Below, in pieces: positions 22,422-33,172 of a stretch of 40,330 nt of DNA (position 1 is the stretch's first letter; each line of letters begins with the position of its first letter). Origin of the DNA: a virus (lineage: Duplodnaviria; Caudoviricetes); the IMG/VR virus record IMGVR_UViG_3300010358_000006, positions 1-40,330 of that record. One strand, written 5' to 3'. Below the pieces are notes generated by a model. It did not search any database, had not been told where the DNA came from, and saw nothing but the letters and a program-made list of their open reading frames with translations. The translations under genes were made by a program, and so were the position numbers.

Positions 22422-25400
22422 TTAGCCGATGGCTCTTTGCACGCCTGTCGGGTCGACGTAATAGAGCCGGTTGTCGCTGCCGACGTACAGGACTCCGAAG
22501 ACGCCGCCGACGTTCGGCACCACGGAGATGTTGCTCTTGTAGATCGCGATCGTGTACTCGTTCGCCTGGTTCCCGCCCCTGGTGCCGGGGCCGACCGAGA
22601 AGCACTGGTCGGTCGCGAGTTGCCCCGCCGCGACACCACGGATAATCACGTCGGCAGGGGTGCCGCGAAGCCGGATCGTGCCGTCGTTCCAGAGCAGGAT
22701 CTGGGTGCTCGCGTTCCCGTTGTTCGCGGAGTAGTAGCCGCTGGCGACGAAGTTCGACTGCAGCGCCAGAGTGCCCGCACCGCCCCGGTTCAAGACCGTG
22801 TCGGCGCCCGTTGAGCCTCCCGGCCCCCAGTGCATCGTCCCGGCCACATCGATCCAGAAGCGCCACTGCGCCTCCCCCTGGACCGCGCTCACGAGCGCGT
22901 TCCCGGCCGCCGAGGTCGGGTTGAACACAAACCCGTTCCCGTTCGCGCTCGTGAAGCACGAATAGACCTGGCTCCCGGCGATCAGGTAGCCGTCGGTCAT
23001 CACCTGCCCCGCGACTCTCCGGTAGAGGTTCGTGTCGCCCGCCGAGCCAAAACGGAGCGGCGCCCCGGTCCCGCCCTGGTCAACGTCGATGCCCTTCCCG
23101 GCCTGGAAGTTGGTGTCGGTGCGGAGGTAGCCCGCCGCTGGGCGGTACAGGTTCGTGTCGTTCGCGGAGCCGAAGGTCAATCCCGCGAGGCCACCGCCGA
23201 TGTCCCCGAGTGCGACCTGGGAAGACGCTCCGAGCCGAGCGGCAAGTGACCCGCCAGCCTGGAACGCACTGTCGGTGCCAACGATCGCGGCACTCCTTCG
23301 GTACAGGTTCGTGTCGGGCACGGTTGAGCCGCCCGGCCCCCACAAATGCCTCCCGTCACCGTTGAGTTGGAACCCGGGTTGCGCGTCGGTGCCGACAAGC
23401 AGGTTCCGGATGATCCGGGTGCCCGCCGCGATGGCGATGTCGGATGGGAGGGCGCCGGCGGCGGCGGGCGCGAGTTGCCAGGTGCCGTCGTCACGGAGGA
23501 ACCGGGTGCCGTCCCGAGCTCCGGCGCCCAATGACGCGGGGGTGACGAGGCCGTCAACGACGAGCGAGCCGCCGGTGCGTAGCTGGTTCGCGGCGCTGCG
23601 GTACAGGTTCGTGTCCTGCGCGTTGCCGAAATAGATGATCGGGCCGTTGTTGTACGACTGCAACGTCAGTTGCGAGGTCGTGCCCATGAACGCGCCGAAG
23701 CTGTTCGGGGTGCCAAGGAAACCCGCCGCCCACCGGTACAGCGTCGTGTCATTTGCGGCGTTCCCCGGCCCCCAAGTGATAGTGCCGTTCGCGTTGACGA
23801 TGAACCGGGGTGACGTGTCGCCGCTCACGCTCGCCTGGTACGCGCTGTACCCGGCGCCGCCCATGTTCACGGCGTTGAACCCGATCACGGCTTGCATCGC
23901 CCCGTCCGTCTTGAGGGTGTTCGCCGCCGAGCGGTACAGGTAGGTGTCGGTCGAGGTATCGAAGATCAACCCTGCACCCCTACCGGCCGCGTTTCCAATG
24001 ATCACCTGCATACCGGCTTGGCCGTTCCTTGCGGTGAGTTGCCCGTCGGTTGCCAGAACACTCGCACTGGAGCGGTACAAGGTTGTGTCGGCCGGGTTCG
24101 TCTTGTCGCCCCACCGCATCGTCCCGGTGTTCTCGATGCGGAAGTACGGCTGCGTCGCCGCCCCGGCGTCGTACATGACGAACGGCCACACGGTGTTGTC
24201 AGCCATGATCGTCAGGCTTGTCGGGAGGGCGCCGCCGCCGACCATTAGCTGTTTCGCCCCGTTCCGTTGCAAGTTGCAGTCAAACGCTGTCGCGCCGCCA
24301 GGCCCCCAACGCATCAACCCGTCGTAGCGGAGAGCGAACATGGAGTTGGCGTCGGATGCGACCGTGGACGTGACCGCCCATCCGCCTGCCGGGTTCGGGT
24401 TGTAGTAGAACCCGGTGCCGCCTCCGGTGCCGAGCGCGACAACACCGGTGCCGACGTAGAGGCCGCCGTCGGTTCTAAGCGCGTTCGCGAAGTAGCGGTA
24501 CAGGTTCGTGTCTGCGGCTGTTGAGCCGCCCGGCCCCCAGTTCATCCGGCCGCCGACATCGACGCCCCACCGGTAGTTGGCCTCGCCCTGCACTTGCGAG
24601 ATGCCGAACCACCCGTTAGCGGCGACGGAGTAGCGCCAGAACCCCGTGGCACCGCTTGAGGGGGCGAGCGAGACCCATGTGCCATCGGTCCCGAGTTGAC
24701 CGGCGCTCGAGCGGTACAGGTTCGTGTCGGTGGCGGTTGAGCCGCCCGGCCCCCAGTTGTGTCGCCCGTCCCACCAGAGCGTGAACCGCGCGAGCGCCTC
24801 ACCGTTCACCGTGGAACGAAACACGTTCCCGCTCGTTGAGGACGGGAACGCGGAGTACACCTGACCGCTGCCGCTGTAAGCGAGCAGCTCGTTGGTTTGG
24901 AGCTGGGCAGGCCCGGCTCGGAGCAACGTGGTGTCCGGGGCGGTCGCGCCTCCCGGCCCCCACCAGTGCTGACCGGTCCCCGTGATGTAGAACGCCGACT
25001 GCGCGTCGGTTTCGAGCAGCTTGTTGCGGATGACGGTGTTGCCGGCGGCTTGCTGCGCTCGGAAAGCGCCGGTCGAGCTCGCGTCAACGATGATCGGTGA
25101 TGAGCCGAGCGAACCTGCCGCGTTCCGGTACAGGTTCGTGTCGGGGTTCGTGATCGTGCCGTCCGCCCACGTCAGTTTCCCGGTTGGGTCGACGCTCCAG
25201 CGGACGGTGCCGGTGTCGCCGAGCACGGCCGCGCTGAACGCGTACCCGGACGTCGTCGCTCTGACGGAACCGAAGGTGCCGCCCGGCCCCTGATAGGTTC
25301 CGGCGCCGACCGCGTTGTAGCCGAACACGCCCTGTGCCGCACCGGTCGAGAGGCCGTTCGGCATGTTCAGGATCACCGAGCCGCCTCCGGTAGCGGGAAG

Positions 25401-25823
25401 CCTCTGCAACGTCGTGTCCGCGGCGGTCGTGCCGCCCGCGCCCCAGTGCATCGACCCATCACCCATCACGTTCCACGCGTTCTGCGTGTCGGTCGCGAGC
25501 AGCTTGTTCGCGATGATCCGGGTTGCTGCCGGAACGACGGTGTCGGCGGGCAGGCCTTGCACGACGCTCCACGCGGTGTCGAAGTCCGCCGCGCTCTTTT
25601 TCGTCAGCACCGTGCCGAGGGCGCCGCCGGCGGGGAGCCCGGCCACGAAGGACCAGATCGGCGGCCCGGCGGGGGTCGGCACGGTCAGCACCTGCCCGGC
25701 GTGCCCGGTGGTGTCGGGGTAGCCGGGCGGTCCTTGAATCACGAGGTTCGCCCACCCGGTCGAGGTGCGCACCCGGATCTGCCGGGCGGGGTCGATAACG
25801 GTTGTCTGTTCGGGTTGGCTCAT
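22422..25823 (-). CDS. Long repetitive tail fibre (1133 aa)
   Basis: ATG 25823 (ATGA overlap); about 14 WGPGG..DTNLYR-type modules. Confidence 0.8.
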   Translation of the reverse strand: MSQPEQTTVIDPARQIRVRTSTGWANLVIQGPPGYPDTTGHAGQVLTVPTPAGPPIWSFVAGLPAGGALGTVLTKKSAADFDTAWSVVQGLPADTVVPAATRIIANKLLATDTQNAWNVMGDGSMHWGAGGTTAADTTLQRLPATGGGSVILNMPNGLSTGAAQGVFGYNAVGAGTYQGPGGTFGSVRATTSGYAFSAAVLGDTGTVRWSVDPTGKLTWADGTITNPDTNLYRNAAGSLGSSPIIVDASSTGAFRAQQAAGNTVIRNKLLETDAQSAFYITGTGQHWWGPGGATAPDTTLLRAGPAQLQTNELLAYSGSGQVYSAFPSSTSGNVFRSTVNGEALARFTLWWDGRHNWGPGGSTATDTNLYRSSAGQLGTDGTWVSLAPSSGATGFWRYSVAANGWFGISQVQGEANYRWGVDVGGRMNWGPGGSTAADTNLYRYFANALRTDGGLYVGTGVVALGTGGGTGFYYNPNPAGGWAVTSTVASDANSMFALRYDGLMRWGPGGATAFDCNLQRNGAKQLMVGGGALPTSLTIMADNTVWPFVMYDAGAATQPYFRIENTGTMRWGDKTNPADTTLYRSSASVLATDGQLTARNGQAGMQVIIGNAAGRGAGLIFDTSTDTYLYRSAANTLKTDGAMQAVIGFNAVNMGGAGYSAYQASVSGDTSPRFIVNANGTITWGPGNAANDTTLYRWAAGFLGTPNSFGAFMGTTSQLTLQSYNNGPIIYFGNAQDTNLYRSAANQLRTGGSLVVDGLVTPASLGAGARDGTRFLRDDGTWQLAPAAAGALPSDIAIAAGTRIIRNLLVGTDAQPGFQLNGDGRHLWGPGGSTVPDTNLYRRSAAIVGTDSAFQAGGSLAARLGASSQVALGDIGGGLAGLTFGSANDTNLYRPAAGYLRTDTNFQAGKGIDVDQGGTGAPLRFGSAGDTNLYRRVAGQVMTDGYLIAGSQVYSCFTSANGNGFVFNPTSAAGNALVSAVQGEAQWRFWIDVAGTMHWGPGGSTGADTVLNRGGAGTLALQSNFVASGYYSANNGNASTQILLWNDGTIRLRGTPADVIIRGVAAGQLATDQCFSVGPGTRGGNQANEYTIAIYKSNISVVPNVGGVFGVLYVGSDNRLYYVDPTGVQRAIG

Positions 25824-26422
25824 ACCAAGTCGTCGTAGATGAGCGGCGGGTAGATGACGACGCCGGTGGCGGGCGGGTCGCTCGTGATCCAGATGGCGCC
25901 GAGGGGCGCGTTGATGGGTTCGGCGGCTTGTTCGTACACGGCGACGCTGCCTTGCGGGCCGGGGGGTCCTTGCGGGCCGGTGGCGCCGGGGGGTCCTTGC
26001 GCGCCGGTTGAGCCGGTGGCGCCGGGGGGTCCTTGCGCGCCGGGCGGGCCGGTGGCGCCGGTTGAGCCTTGCGGTCCGGGTGGGCCTTGCGCGCCGGTCG
26101 CGCCGGGCGGTCCCTGCGGGCCGGCGGGACCTTCGGGGCCGGGGGGTCCGGGGTCGCCGGTGCCATACACGGGTGCGGTGGTGAGCGCCCACGGCGTCGC
26201 GTCGTCGTCGGTCAACACGAGCAAGCAGTCGTCGCCTCGCGCGGGCAGCCCGTTCGCGGGCACCCACCGGCACGGACCCCACACTTGCCGGCCGCCGTCG
26301 AACGCGAACACGGTGACGTAGAGCTCGTCGTTCACGTCAACCGGGGTGTTCGCGACCACCGCGCTCACGGCGGTCACCGGTACCGGCGTCTTGACGAACA
26401 GCTCGGCGATATCGGTGGTCAT
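25820..26422 (-). CDS. Baseplate spike-like N-domain plus collagen repeats
   Basis: ATG 26422; WGPC.W..LP..GD.CL; long G-X-Y run at about 25950-26160. Confidence 0.75.
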   Translation of the reverse strand: MTTDIAELFVKTPVPVTAVSAVVANTPVDVNDELYVTVFAFDGGRQVWGPCRWVPANGLPARGDDCLLVLTDDDATPWALTTAPVYGTGDPGPPGPEGPAGPQGPPGATGAQGPPGPQGSTGATGPPGAQGPPGATGSTGAQGPPGATGPQGPPGPQGSVAVYEQAAEPINAPLGAIWITSDPPATGVVIYPPLIYDDLV

Positions 26423-28377
26423 GTTCCCGGCCAGTGCCTCGGGGTGAACCCGGCGGTCGGGTGGAGCTCGGGATTGAACCCCGGACCGCCCCAACTCTTG
26501 CCCCAATTGCCAGTGCCGAAATGGCGGTCGCCGCTCGAGGTGTGAAACACCATGAACACGTGGATGGCGTTGGCGTAGACGGTGAGGCCGTTGCCGGGTC
26601 CCTCGTGCCCCCATTTCGCGGCGATGGTCCCTGACACGTCGACGGGGCCGCCGAGCTCGTATCCCATGCTCGCAGCGGCGAGGACCGCGCAGGTGCTGCC
26701 GCTGCAGTCGTAGCCGATGCCGGGGTCGCGTCCGGTGCCGCGGTCGGGGGTGCCGGCGCGCGCGTGGCCCCCGCCCCACACGTAGGGGTAGCGCTTCGCG
26801 TCCATGTCTTGCGCCGCCGACCACGCCTGCGCCAACGGCGAGCCGCCGGTCACGGTGCCGGGGGTGAACGTACTGTCGCCGTTCACGCTCGAGCCGGTGC
26901 CGCCGACGGTGGTCGTGTCGGCTGCCGGCTCGGGCAGCGGCTCGGTTTCGCGTTTGAGCGTGATCGTGGCGAGGGGGTCGAACACGCCGCGCGTGACGTC
27001 CTTGACGAGCCACCTGCCGTCGGCGGGGCCGCAGTCTTTGAGCGCGACGACGGCGCCGGGCACAAACGAGGTGCGGAGGATGCGCGCGGTGACGGTCGCC
27101 TCGCTGTTTGCCTTGCCGTTGTCGACGTCGAAATCAATCGTGTCGACGCCGAGCACGAGCTCGCTTAGCGTCGCGACCGGCCGGCTTTTCATCAAGGTCG
27201 CTTCGCTCACGAACCACAACGCGCCGCCGCTCATGAAACAGCGCCATTGCACCTCGCTCGCCAGTCGCTGCAGGCAGGTCCATGAGTCCTCGGGTGGGGT
27301 GCTGCCGTCGGTGGTGCCGCGCTGGAACTGGTAGGGGAGCGTTTTGACCGACTGCGAGACGTTGACGGTGCCGCCGCTCGAGGCGCCGCCGCCGGGTATC
27401 CCGCCGTACGCGCCGAGCCATTTCTCGGCTTCGGTTTGGTATTGGTCGTAGCGTCCGGGGTACGCGGAGCCTTGCACGCCTTGCGCGACCTGCCCGGTGG
27501 TCCACGACGGATTCTTGGCGGCGAGGGTGATGGCGCCGCCGGCGCCGGTGAACCCGCGGGTGAGGAACGCGTTCACGCACTGCTCGACGTCGGTGTTCGT
27601 GATGCCCATGCTCGAGCCGGTCGAGTCGCGGACCTGCAGGATGCCGCGTGACCCGTACCCGTCCGCCGACGGTGTCGTCGGGTTGCTGAACAGCGACTCG
27701 ACGGTGCACGCCTCCAAGAGCGCGAGGGTTGCGCGGGTGCCGGCGCTCAACGAGCTCGCGACGTCCATGACGCGTTGCGCGTACCCGCGCTGCGACGCGG
27801 TCGCGGCGACGCCTTTGACGGTGACGTCGGCGCTCGCGGCGATCCCCTGCGACACCGCGGCGCTCGGGTTCGTGCTCGCCGACGGTGCCGTCGTCGGCGT
27901 CGTCGTGGTGTCGCTCGCCTTTTCGATGGGCTGCACCGTGTGCAGGTCGGGCGAGACGAACGGGATGCCGCCGCCCTGTTTCACCTCGCGCACGATGCTC
28001 AACGCAAATTCGGCGCGGGTCATGCTCGAGCGTGCCGCCTTGCGCGGCGTGGTGATCGCGCGCAGGTAGGCGACGGCGCGGTCCTCGAACGTCAAGGTGA
28101 GCCCGTCGCCGCTTTTCGCGACCTGCACGAGCCGCCACCACTCGCCGTCAAACTGCAAATCCATTTGCCGGCTAAACATGCCGCTGCGCAGCAAGGCGCG
28201 GTCGGCGTCCTCGACGTTCAAGGTCAACGTTGAGGCGCCGTCGATGGTGCGCTCGAGGCTGCCGTCGGTGACGCGCTGGTCAACCCTGACGATGCCTTTG
28301 CGTCCGAGTTTGACACCGACGGCTTGCAAGAGCAGCGAACCGACGTCGACGTCGCGGGCGAGCGCAAGCGAGCTCAC
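26419..28377 (-). CDS. Baseplate hub protein with lysozyme-like and NlpC/P60 domains
   Basis: Hub-like N- and C-segments; VES..SRG.LQ.R..AQ.VQ.SAYP.RY; YVWGGGH..GYDCSG..H. Confidence 0.8.
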   Translation of the reverse strand: MSSLALARDVDVGSLLLQAVGVKLGRKGIVRVDQRVTDGSLERTIDGASTLTLNVEDADRALLRSGMFSRQMDLQFDGEWWRLVQVAKSGDGLTLTFEDRAVAYLRAITTPRKAARSSMTRAEFALSIVREVKQGGGIPFVSPDLHTVQPIEKASDTTTTPTTAPSASTNPSAAVSQGIAASADVTVKGVAATASQRGYAQRVMDVASSLSAGTRATLALLEACTVESLFSNPTTPSADGYGSRGILQVRDSTGSSMGITNTDVEQCVNAFLTRGFTGAGGAITLAAKNPSWTTGQVAQGVQGSAYPGRYDQYQTEAEKWLGAYGGIPGGGASSGGTVNVSQSVKTLPYQFQRGTTDGSTPPEDSWTCLQRLASEVQWRCFMSGGALWFVSEATLMKSRPVATLSELVLGVDTIDFDVDNGKANSEATVTARILRTSFVPGAVVALKDCGPADGRWLVKDVTRGVFDPLATITLKRETEPLPEPAADTTTVGGTGSSVNGDSTFTPGTVTGGSPLAQAWSAAQDMDAKRYPYVWGGGHARAGTPDRGTGRDPGIGYDCSGSTCAVLAAASMGYELGGPVDVSGTIAAKWGHEGPGNGLTVYANAIHVFMVFHTSSGDRHFGTGNWGKSWGGPGFNPELHPTAGFTPRHWPGT

Positions 28378-29138
28378 GGCAGCCTCAAGACTTGCCCGGG
28401 CGTAATCGAGCGCGGGTCGCGTAGCTGGTTGAGCTCGGCGATTTCAACCCACCGGTCGGCGTCGCCGAGCTCCCGCGCCGCTATCGAGAGGAGGTCCTCG
28501 CCGGCGCCGAAATACTCGGGCTGCACGGTCACGAACGCCGGCTCGAGCAGCCCCGCGGCGCGGCTCGAGCTCGACGCGGTGCGCCGACGGTTCGCGCCGG
28601 CGACGATACGTTTCGTCGCGGCGCCCTGCTTGCGTTTCGCGTTCGCGGCAACCTGCGCCCTCCGGTTCACCGCACTATCGCTCGCAACCCTGACGTCGGC
28701 GATGTACTCGAGAAACGCAATGGTGACTTGCTGCCGGGTGCGGTTCCCGTGCTTGTTCATGATCGCCGGGTCACCCCACGTCAGGGTGTCGATGACCCAT
28801 GAGCGGTTTTGGTGGGGGACCGCGGAGCCGCGCGCGGTGACGCGGCAGCGGGGCGGTGAGCCGTCGGCGGCGGTCGGCAACGCAAGTTTCTCGAGTTTCG
28901 CTATGTCGCGCTCCACGCTCGTGCCGGCGCGGTAGCCGTCGAGGAGGATCGGCAGCGTGAGCCGCAAACCGGGTGAGCCGTTCCAAATCGAGAGTGGCCG
29001 GCGGCGTGGGCGCGCGACCTCGGCCCACCCGCCATAGCCGGCGTCAACGTTCGGGCGGGCGTCCGAGAGGCGTGCGGTGACCGACACGGGCGGGTCGGTC
29101 GAGCCGATGCGAACCCATCCGTGCGGCGGCAGCGTCAC
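28374..29138 (-). CDS. LysM-domain tail/baseplate initiator protein
   Basis: [30 protein letters not shown]. Confidence 0.85.
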   Translation of the reverse strand: MTLPPHGWVRIGSTDPPVSVTARLSDARPNVDAGYGGWAEVARPRRRPLSIWNGSPGLRLTLPILLDGYRAGTSVERDIAKLEKLALPTAADGSPPRCRVTARGSAVPHQNRSWVIDTLTWGDPAIMNKHGNRTRQQVTIAFLEYIADVRVASDSAVNRRAQVAANAKRKQGAATKRIVAGANRRRTASSSSRAAGLLEPAFVTVQPEYFGAGEDLLSIAARELGDADRWVEIAELNQLRDPRSITPGQVLRLP

Positions 29139-30823
29139 CGGCGCGCCAAGCGGTCGGACGCGACGCGCGCGGTTGCGCGCGCGAGCTCGCGGCGGTCAAC
29201 CACAACGGGCACGGTGATGACGAGGTCGCGTGCGGGGCCGCCGGCCGGCAGCGGGTGCACCGCGGCGCCGGCGGGGAGCGCGACGAGCTCGGGTCCACGC
29301 TCACCAACGAGCGCGGTGCCGCCGTGAGCGACGACACCGCCTTGCGCCAACGTCGGTATCTGCGGCACCCCCACCGTCCACCCGCCGATCTTGCCGACGC
29401 CGGGTATGTGCGTGTTGATTTTCGGCATCGTGAACTTGAGCGAATTCCACCCGCGGATGAGCATGTTGATGACGCCTTTGACGGTGTTGAACGCGTTCGT
29501 GAACGCCCGTGCGACGGCGCTCGCGGCGGCCGGCGCGGCGTTCTTGATCGCGTTGAACACGTCCATCGCGCCCTGTTTGATCGCCGCCCAATGCTTGTAA
29601 ATCTCCAATGCGGCGACCGCGAACGGGCCGATGAGGATGGCGAGCAGCAAAGGCCAGTTCGCTTTTATCCACTGCCACGTCGCGTTGATGAGGTCGCGGA
29701 ACGCACCCCATTTCTTGTAGAGGATGACCAAGCCGGCGATGAGCGCGACGACGCCGACGATGATGAGCCCGACGGGGTTCGCGAGCGCGGCCGCGTTGAA
29801 CTCCATTTGCTGGATCGTCGCCACGACCATCGCGGCTTTATAGGCGACGAACGCGGCGGTAAGCGCGCCGATGGCAAGGGTAAAGAGGGTGGTGTTCTTT
29901 GTGAGCGGCTGCAGGAACTTGCTCATCGCGAGCAGGACTTTCCCGACCTGCACGAGCACGGGTAGCAGCGCCTCGCCGAACTGGATTTTGAGCCCGTTGA
30001 CGGTGCGGTCGAGGGCGCGTTGCGTCTCGATCATGCTCTTGGCGCTCTTGACGCCCTTGCCCGAGATGTAGTTGCCCGAGTCCTTTTGCTCTTGCAAGAG
30101 TTTGTGCACGCCGGCGGCGCCCTGCATGAGGATCGGCAGCAAGGCTTGCCCGCCGCGCCCGAACAGTTGTTGCACGGCGACGGCTCGGGCGGTGGCGTCG
30201 TGCATGCCCTGCAGGCCGGTGGCGACGCGGAGCAGGACTTGCTCGGTGTCGCCGTGCGCGAGGTCGGCTTGCGTGACGCCGAGTTGCTGCAGCGGTAGCC
30301 GCGCCTTGGCGCCGGCTTGCTGCGCCTTGGTGATCGCGTTCGAGAGTTTCGCGAGCTCGGCGGGTGCTTTCTTGCCGCCGATGGTCGCGACCTGGTCGAT
30401 TTGGTCGCGTAGGTCCTTGGTCGTGCTCGCGGCCTTGAGGTCGCCTTGCCGCGCCGTCTCGATTGCCTTGCTGAACTTGACGAGTGAGGTTTGCGCTTGC
30501 TTGGTGCTCACGCCGCGCTCTTGCAGGAGCGCCGAAAACTCGCTCGAGGTTTCGATGTTCATGCCGGTCGTGCGCGAGAGGGCCATCGACGATTTCGCGA
30601 GGTTCACGGTCGCGTCGGTCGCGCCTTTCGCGAACCGGGTGACGCCGTAGAGCGCGGCGGCGCCGCCGGCCCACTTCGCGAGTCCTTTCCACCCGCTCGA
30701 GGCTTTCTTGCCGGTTTCCTCGGCGGTGGTGCCGACCTTGCCGATGGCGCCGCTCGCCTCCGAGGCGCCCCTGACGAACTGCGCGACGTTCTTGAGCTCG
30801 AGCAGGATTTCGACGGCGTCCAC
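29135..30823 (-). CDS. Tape measure protein
   Basis: Ala/Gly/Lys-rich helices; LFGRGG..LLP; ANPVGLII; LAQGG..LVGERGPEL. Confidence 0.9.
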   Translation of the reverse strand: MDAVEILLELKNVAQFVRGASEASGAIGKVGTTAEETGKKASSGWKGLAKWAGGAAALYGVTRFAKGATDATVNLAKSSMALSRTTGMNIETSSEFSALLQERGVSTKQAQTSLVKFSKAIETARQGDLKAASTTKDLRDQIDQVATIGGKKAPAELAKLSNAITKAQQAGAKARLPLQQLGVTQADLAHGDTEQVLLRVATGLQGMHDATARAVAVQQLFGRGGQALLPILMQGAAGVHKLLQEQKDSGNYISGKGVKSAKSMIETQRALDRTVNGLKIQFGEALLPVLVQVGKVLLAMSKFLQPLTKNTTLFTLAIGALTAAFVAYKAAMVVATIQQMEFNAAALANPVGLIIVGVVALIAGLVILYKKWGAFRDLINATWQWIKANWPLLLAILIGPFAVAALEIYKHWAAIKQGAMDVFNAIKNAAPAAASAVARAFTNAFNTVKGVINMLIRGWNSLKFTMPKINTHIPGVGKIGGWTVGVPQIPTLAQGGVVAHGGTALVGERGPELVALPAGAAVHPLPAGGPARDLVITVPVVVDRRELARATARVASDRLARR

Positions 30824-30829
30824 CGCGGG

Positions 30830-30970
30830 TTAGCCCTTCGCGTTGAGCTTGTTCACGATCCCGACGGCGCGGTGCGTGACCTGCTCGAGCAGCGCCCGCT
30901 CGGCGTGGTCGCCGTGCAGGTACCGCTCGACCGGCAGCCCCACGATTGCCATGTTCGCCAGGAGGCTCAC
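30830..30970 (-). CDS. Tail assembly chaperone C-terminal extension (lambda gpT-like, -1 frame)
   Basis: Open -1 frame from GGGGGAA (30997-30991) to TAA 30830. Confidence 0.7.
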   Translation of the reverse strand: MSLLANMAIVGLPVERYLHGDHAERALLEQVTHRAVGIVNKLNAKG

Positions 30971-31533
30971 GAGCCTGCCGTCGGCGTCGATTCCCCCAAC
31001 GCGTCAACCTCGAGGTCCTCGTCGGCGCCTTGCGCCCACGAGAGGTAGTCGCCGGCGGCGTTCATGACGGCGAGCTCCGGCGACGGGACGCCGCTGAACA
31101 GCGCCCGCAGTACCTGCCGGCTCGTGGTCATGCCGTCGAGCCCGAGCGCCTCGGCGAGCGGCGCGCCGATGGTCATGGGCACGTCGCCGCCGAGCGGCAC
31201 GAGCTCGTCGGTGCGGGTGCGGCGGCCGAGCACGTCAACGCACGCGTTGATGAGCACGTCGGCGTTCAACGCGAAATCACGCTCGGGGTCCTTGGAGCGC
31301 TCGAGCCGCATGCGCAGCGTGGTGAGCGTCGAGGCTTGCAGGGGTTCGCAGCGGAGCACGAGCCGGCCGGCCCACGCCCTGCCGGGCACGACCATGTCGT
31401 ACTCGTGCGCGGCTGCGAGCTCACGGGTTTTCGCGCGGAGCACGTCGAGCACCGAACCGGCCGCCGACGCCGCCGGCTTGAGTACGACGGTGTCGTCGTC
31501 GACGAGCTCGACGTCGTAGGGGCGGGTGGTCAT
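30967..31533 (-). CDS. Tail assembly chaperone (lambda gpG-like)
   Basis: Lies between tube and tape measure; slippery site near its 3' end. Confidence 0.75.
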   Translation of the reverse strand: MTTRPYDVELVDDDTVVLKPAASAAGSVLDVLRAKTRELAAAHEYDMVVPGRAWAGRLVLRCEPLQASTLTTLRMRLERSKDPERDFALNADVLINACVDVLGRRTRTDELVPLGGDVPMTIGAPLAEALGLDGMTTSRQVLRALFSGVPSPELAVMNAAGDYLSWAQGADEDLEVDALGESTPTAGS

Positions 31534-31937
31534 GTCACCGAGCCTTGCGGCGTTATCTCGAGCTCGATGATGGCGGGGTCGGTGACGGTGCTATCGACCT
31601 CCGGCGGGGTGACGCGTTTGAGCACGCCACGGGTGACCAGCGGCGAGCCGAACGCGTTGCGGTTGGGGTCGAGCACGGTTTTCGTCACGACCACTTGCGC
31701 GCTGCCGACCTGACCGAGCAGCCAATGCACGGTGGCGTGGTCACGCTCGAGCGTGTAAAGCCGGGAGACGATGAGTTGCCCGATGATCGGGATGCCGCCG
31801 AGCGACACCGGGGCAGCCATGCCCCCGGGCTTGTACTGCAGGATGTCGGAGTCTGTTTCGCCGCCGGTGAGGACGTCGAACACGCCGAGGTTGCGAGCCC
31901 CGACCTTGACGGTGACGCGGTGTTGGTCCTTGCGCAT
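31530..31937 (-). CDS. Tail tube protein
   Basis: Follows the sheath; F....GG..YKPGG..LGG; 135 aa. Confidence 0.8.
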   Translation of the reverse strand: MRKDQHRVTVKVGARNLGVFDVLTGGETDSDILQYKPGGMAAPVSLGGIPIIGQLIVSRLYTLERDHATVHWLLGQVGSAQVVVTKTVLDPNRNAFGSPLVTRGVLKRVTPPEVDSTVTDPAIIELEITPQGSVT

Positions 31938-31954
31938 TGGTTCTCACTCCTCTC

Positions 31955-33172
31955 TCATGCCGCGACGGGCGTGGTGACGGTCGCCGGCAGCGCCACGTTC
32001 GACGCGACCTTGACGATTTCGATGACAACCCACTCGGCATCGGGGCTCATGCGGACCGAGATGACCGCGTGTAGTTCGCCGTTGGCGATGGTGTCGGGGG
32101 TGTTCACGCTCGAGCCGGTATCGACCGAGTACGCCTCTTGCGCGGTCGCGCCGAACAGCGCGTCGGACTCCCAATAGCCGGCGAGCATTGCCGACAGGTC
32201 GCCGTTGAACTCCGACAACGTGTGGCCCCTGCCGTCGATTTGCGAGAACACGTAGTGCTCGCCGATTGCCTCGGCGTCGGCGGTGATCGCCATGTTCGTG
32301 CGTGCCCATCCGAACATGAGCCACTCCGGCACCTTGGTCGAGTCGACGACGGTGCGGTACCCGTAGGTTCTGACGCCGCCGTAGATGAGGCGTGCCATGC
32401 TCGCGCCGGCGTCGTTCAGGGTTTGGTACTCGAGGTCGGTGTAGTGCTCGGCGATATCCAGGGCGAACACGGATTGCCCGAGCTCGCCGGCGGCGGGTTG
32501 GTTCGGCGAGTAGACGAAATCGTTTCGGGCGATGATCCCGGCTTGCACGGCGGCGTAGGGGACGGTGCGGGTGGTGCCGGCGACGACACCGGGGACGATG
32601 GCGCTTGGTGCGAAGAGGGCGCCGTAGCGGGCGTTCGCGTCGGTGTTGAGCGCGGTCGCGGCGCCCTCGATCACGGTGGCGTTGCCGTCCGCGGTTGAGA
32701 GCAGCGCGACGCGGTTGTTCGCGTAGGCGTGCGCGAGGAGCGCCGACTGCGTCGCGGGGTCCGTGGCGAGCGTCGCGTCGGCGATGAACACTTGCCCCGG
32801 TCCGAGGTCTTTGTTGAGGGCGTCGAGCGCCGCCTGCAGCGTCGCGGGGACCGCCGTGGCGACCGGCGCGTCGGCGCTCTTGCTGCTCTTGCTCGAGCTC
32901 GAGCTCGCCGCGAACGCGGTGCTCGGGTTCGTCGGCGACACATAGAGTTTGTTGCCGCCCTCGCGAAAGTAGACGTCGGCGGCGTCCCACGCCGGTTGCG
33001 CGGTACTTGAACCGCGGTCGCCGAACACCGCGACGTACTCGGTCATGCTGCGCACCAAGGTCACCGCGCCGCCTGATGCGGTTGCGCCGATCATGAACGC
33101 GACGCCGGTATCGGTCGGCGCCGACCGCGGCGGGGGTAGCGCGCGTGAGATTACGTCAACGCCGGGCCTCAT
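31955..33172 (-). CDS. Contractile tail sheath protein
   Basis: ATG 33172; RPGV.V..AF.IG..Y...FG..YF.EGG; YG.RT; N.....ANGEL..P.AEWV.I.I. Confidence 0.9.
   Translation of the reverse strand: MRPGVDVISRALPPPRSAPTDTGVAFMIGATASGGAVTLVRSMTEYVAVFGDRGSSTAQPAWDAADVYFREGGNKLYVSPTNPSTAFAASSSSSKSSKSADAPVATAVPATLQAALDALNKDLGPGQVFIADATLATDPATQSALLAHAYANNRVALLSTADGNATVIEGAATALNTDANARYGALFAPSAIVPGVVAGTTRTVPYAAVQAGIIARNDFVYSPNQPAAGELGQSVFALDIAEHYTDLEYQTLNDAGASMARLIYGGVRTYGYRTVVDSTKVPEWLMFGWARTNMAITADAEAIGEHYVFSQIDGRGHTLSEFNGDLSAMLAGYWESDALFGATAQEAYSVDTGSSVNTPDTIANGELHAVISVRMSPDAEWVVIEIVKVASNVALPATVTTPVAA

Noticed and set aside
22422-25823. Diversity-generating retroelement or shufflon acting on the fibre
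   Set aside because: No reverse transcriptase, no adenine-specific TR/VR pair, and no invertase or inverted cassettes.
18992-33172. Extracellular contractile injection system or tailocin
   Set aside because: Capsid, portal, terminase, integrase and replication genes are present, so this is a phage.
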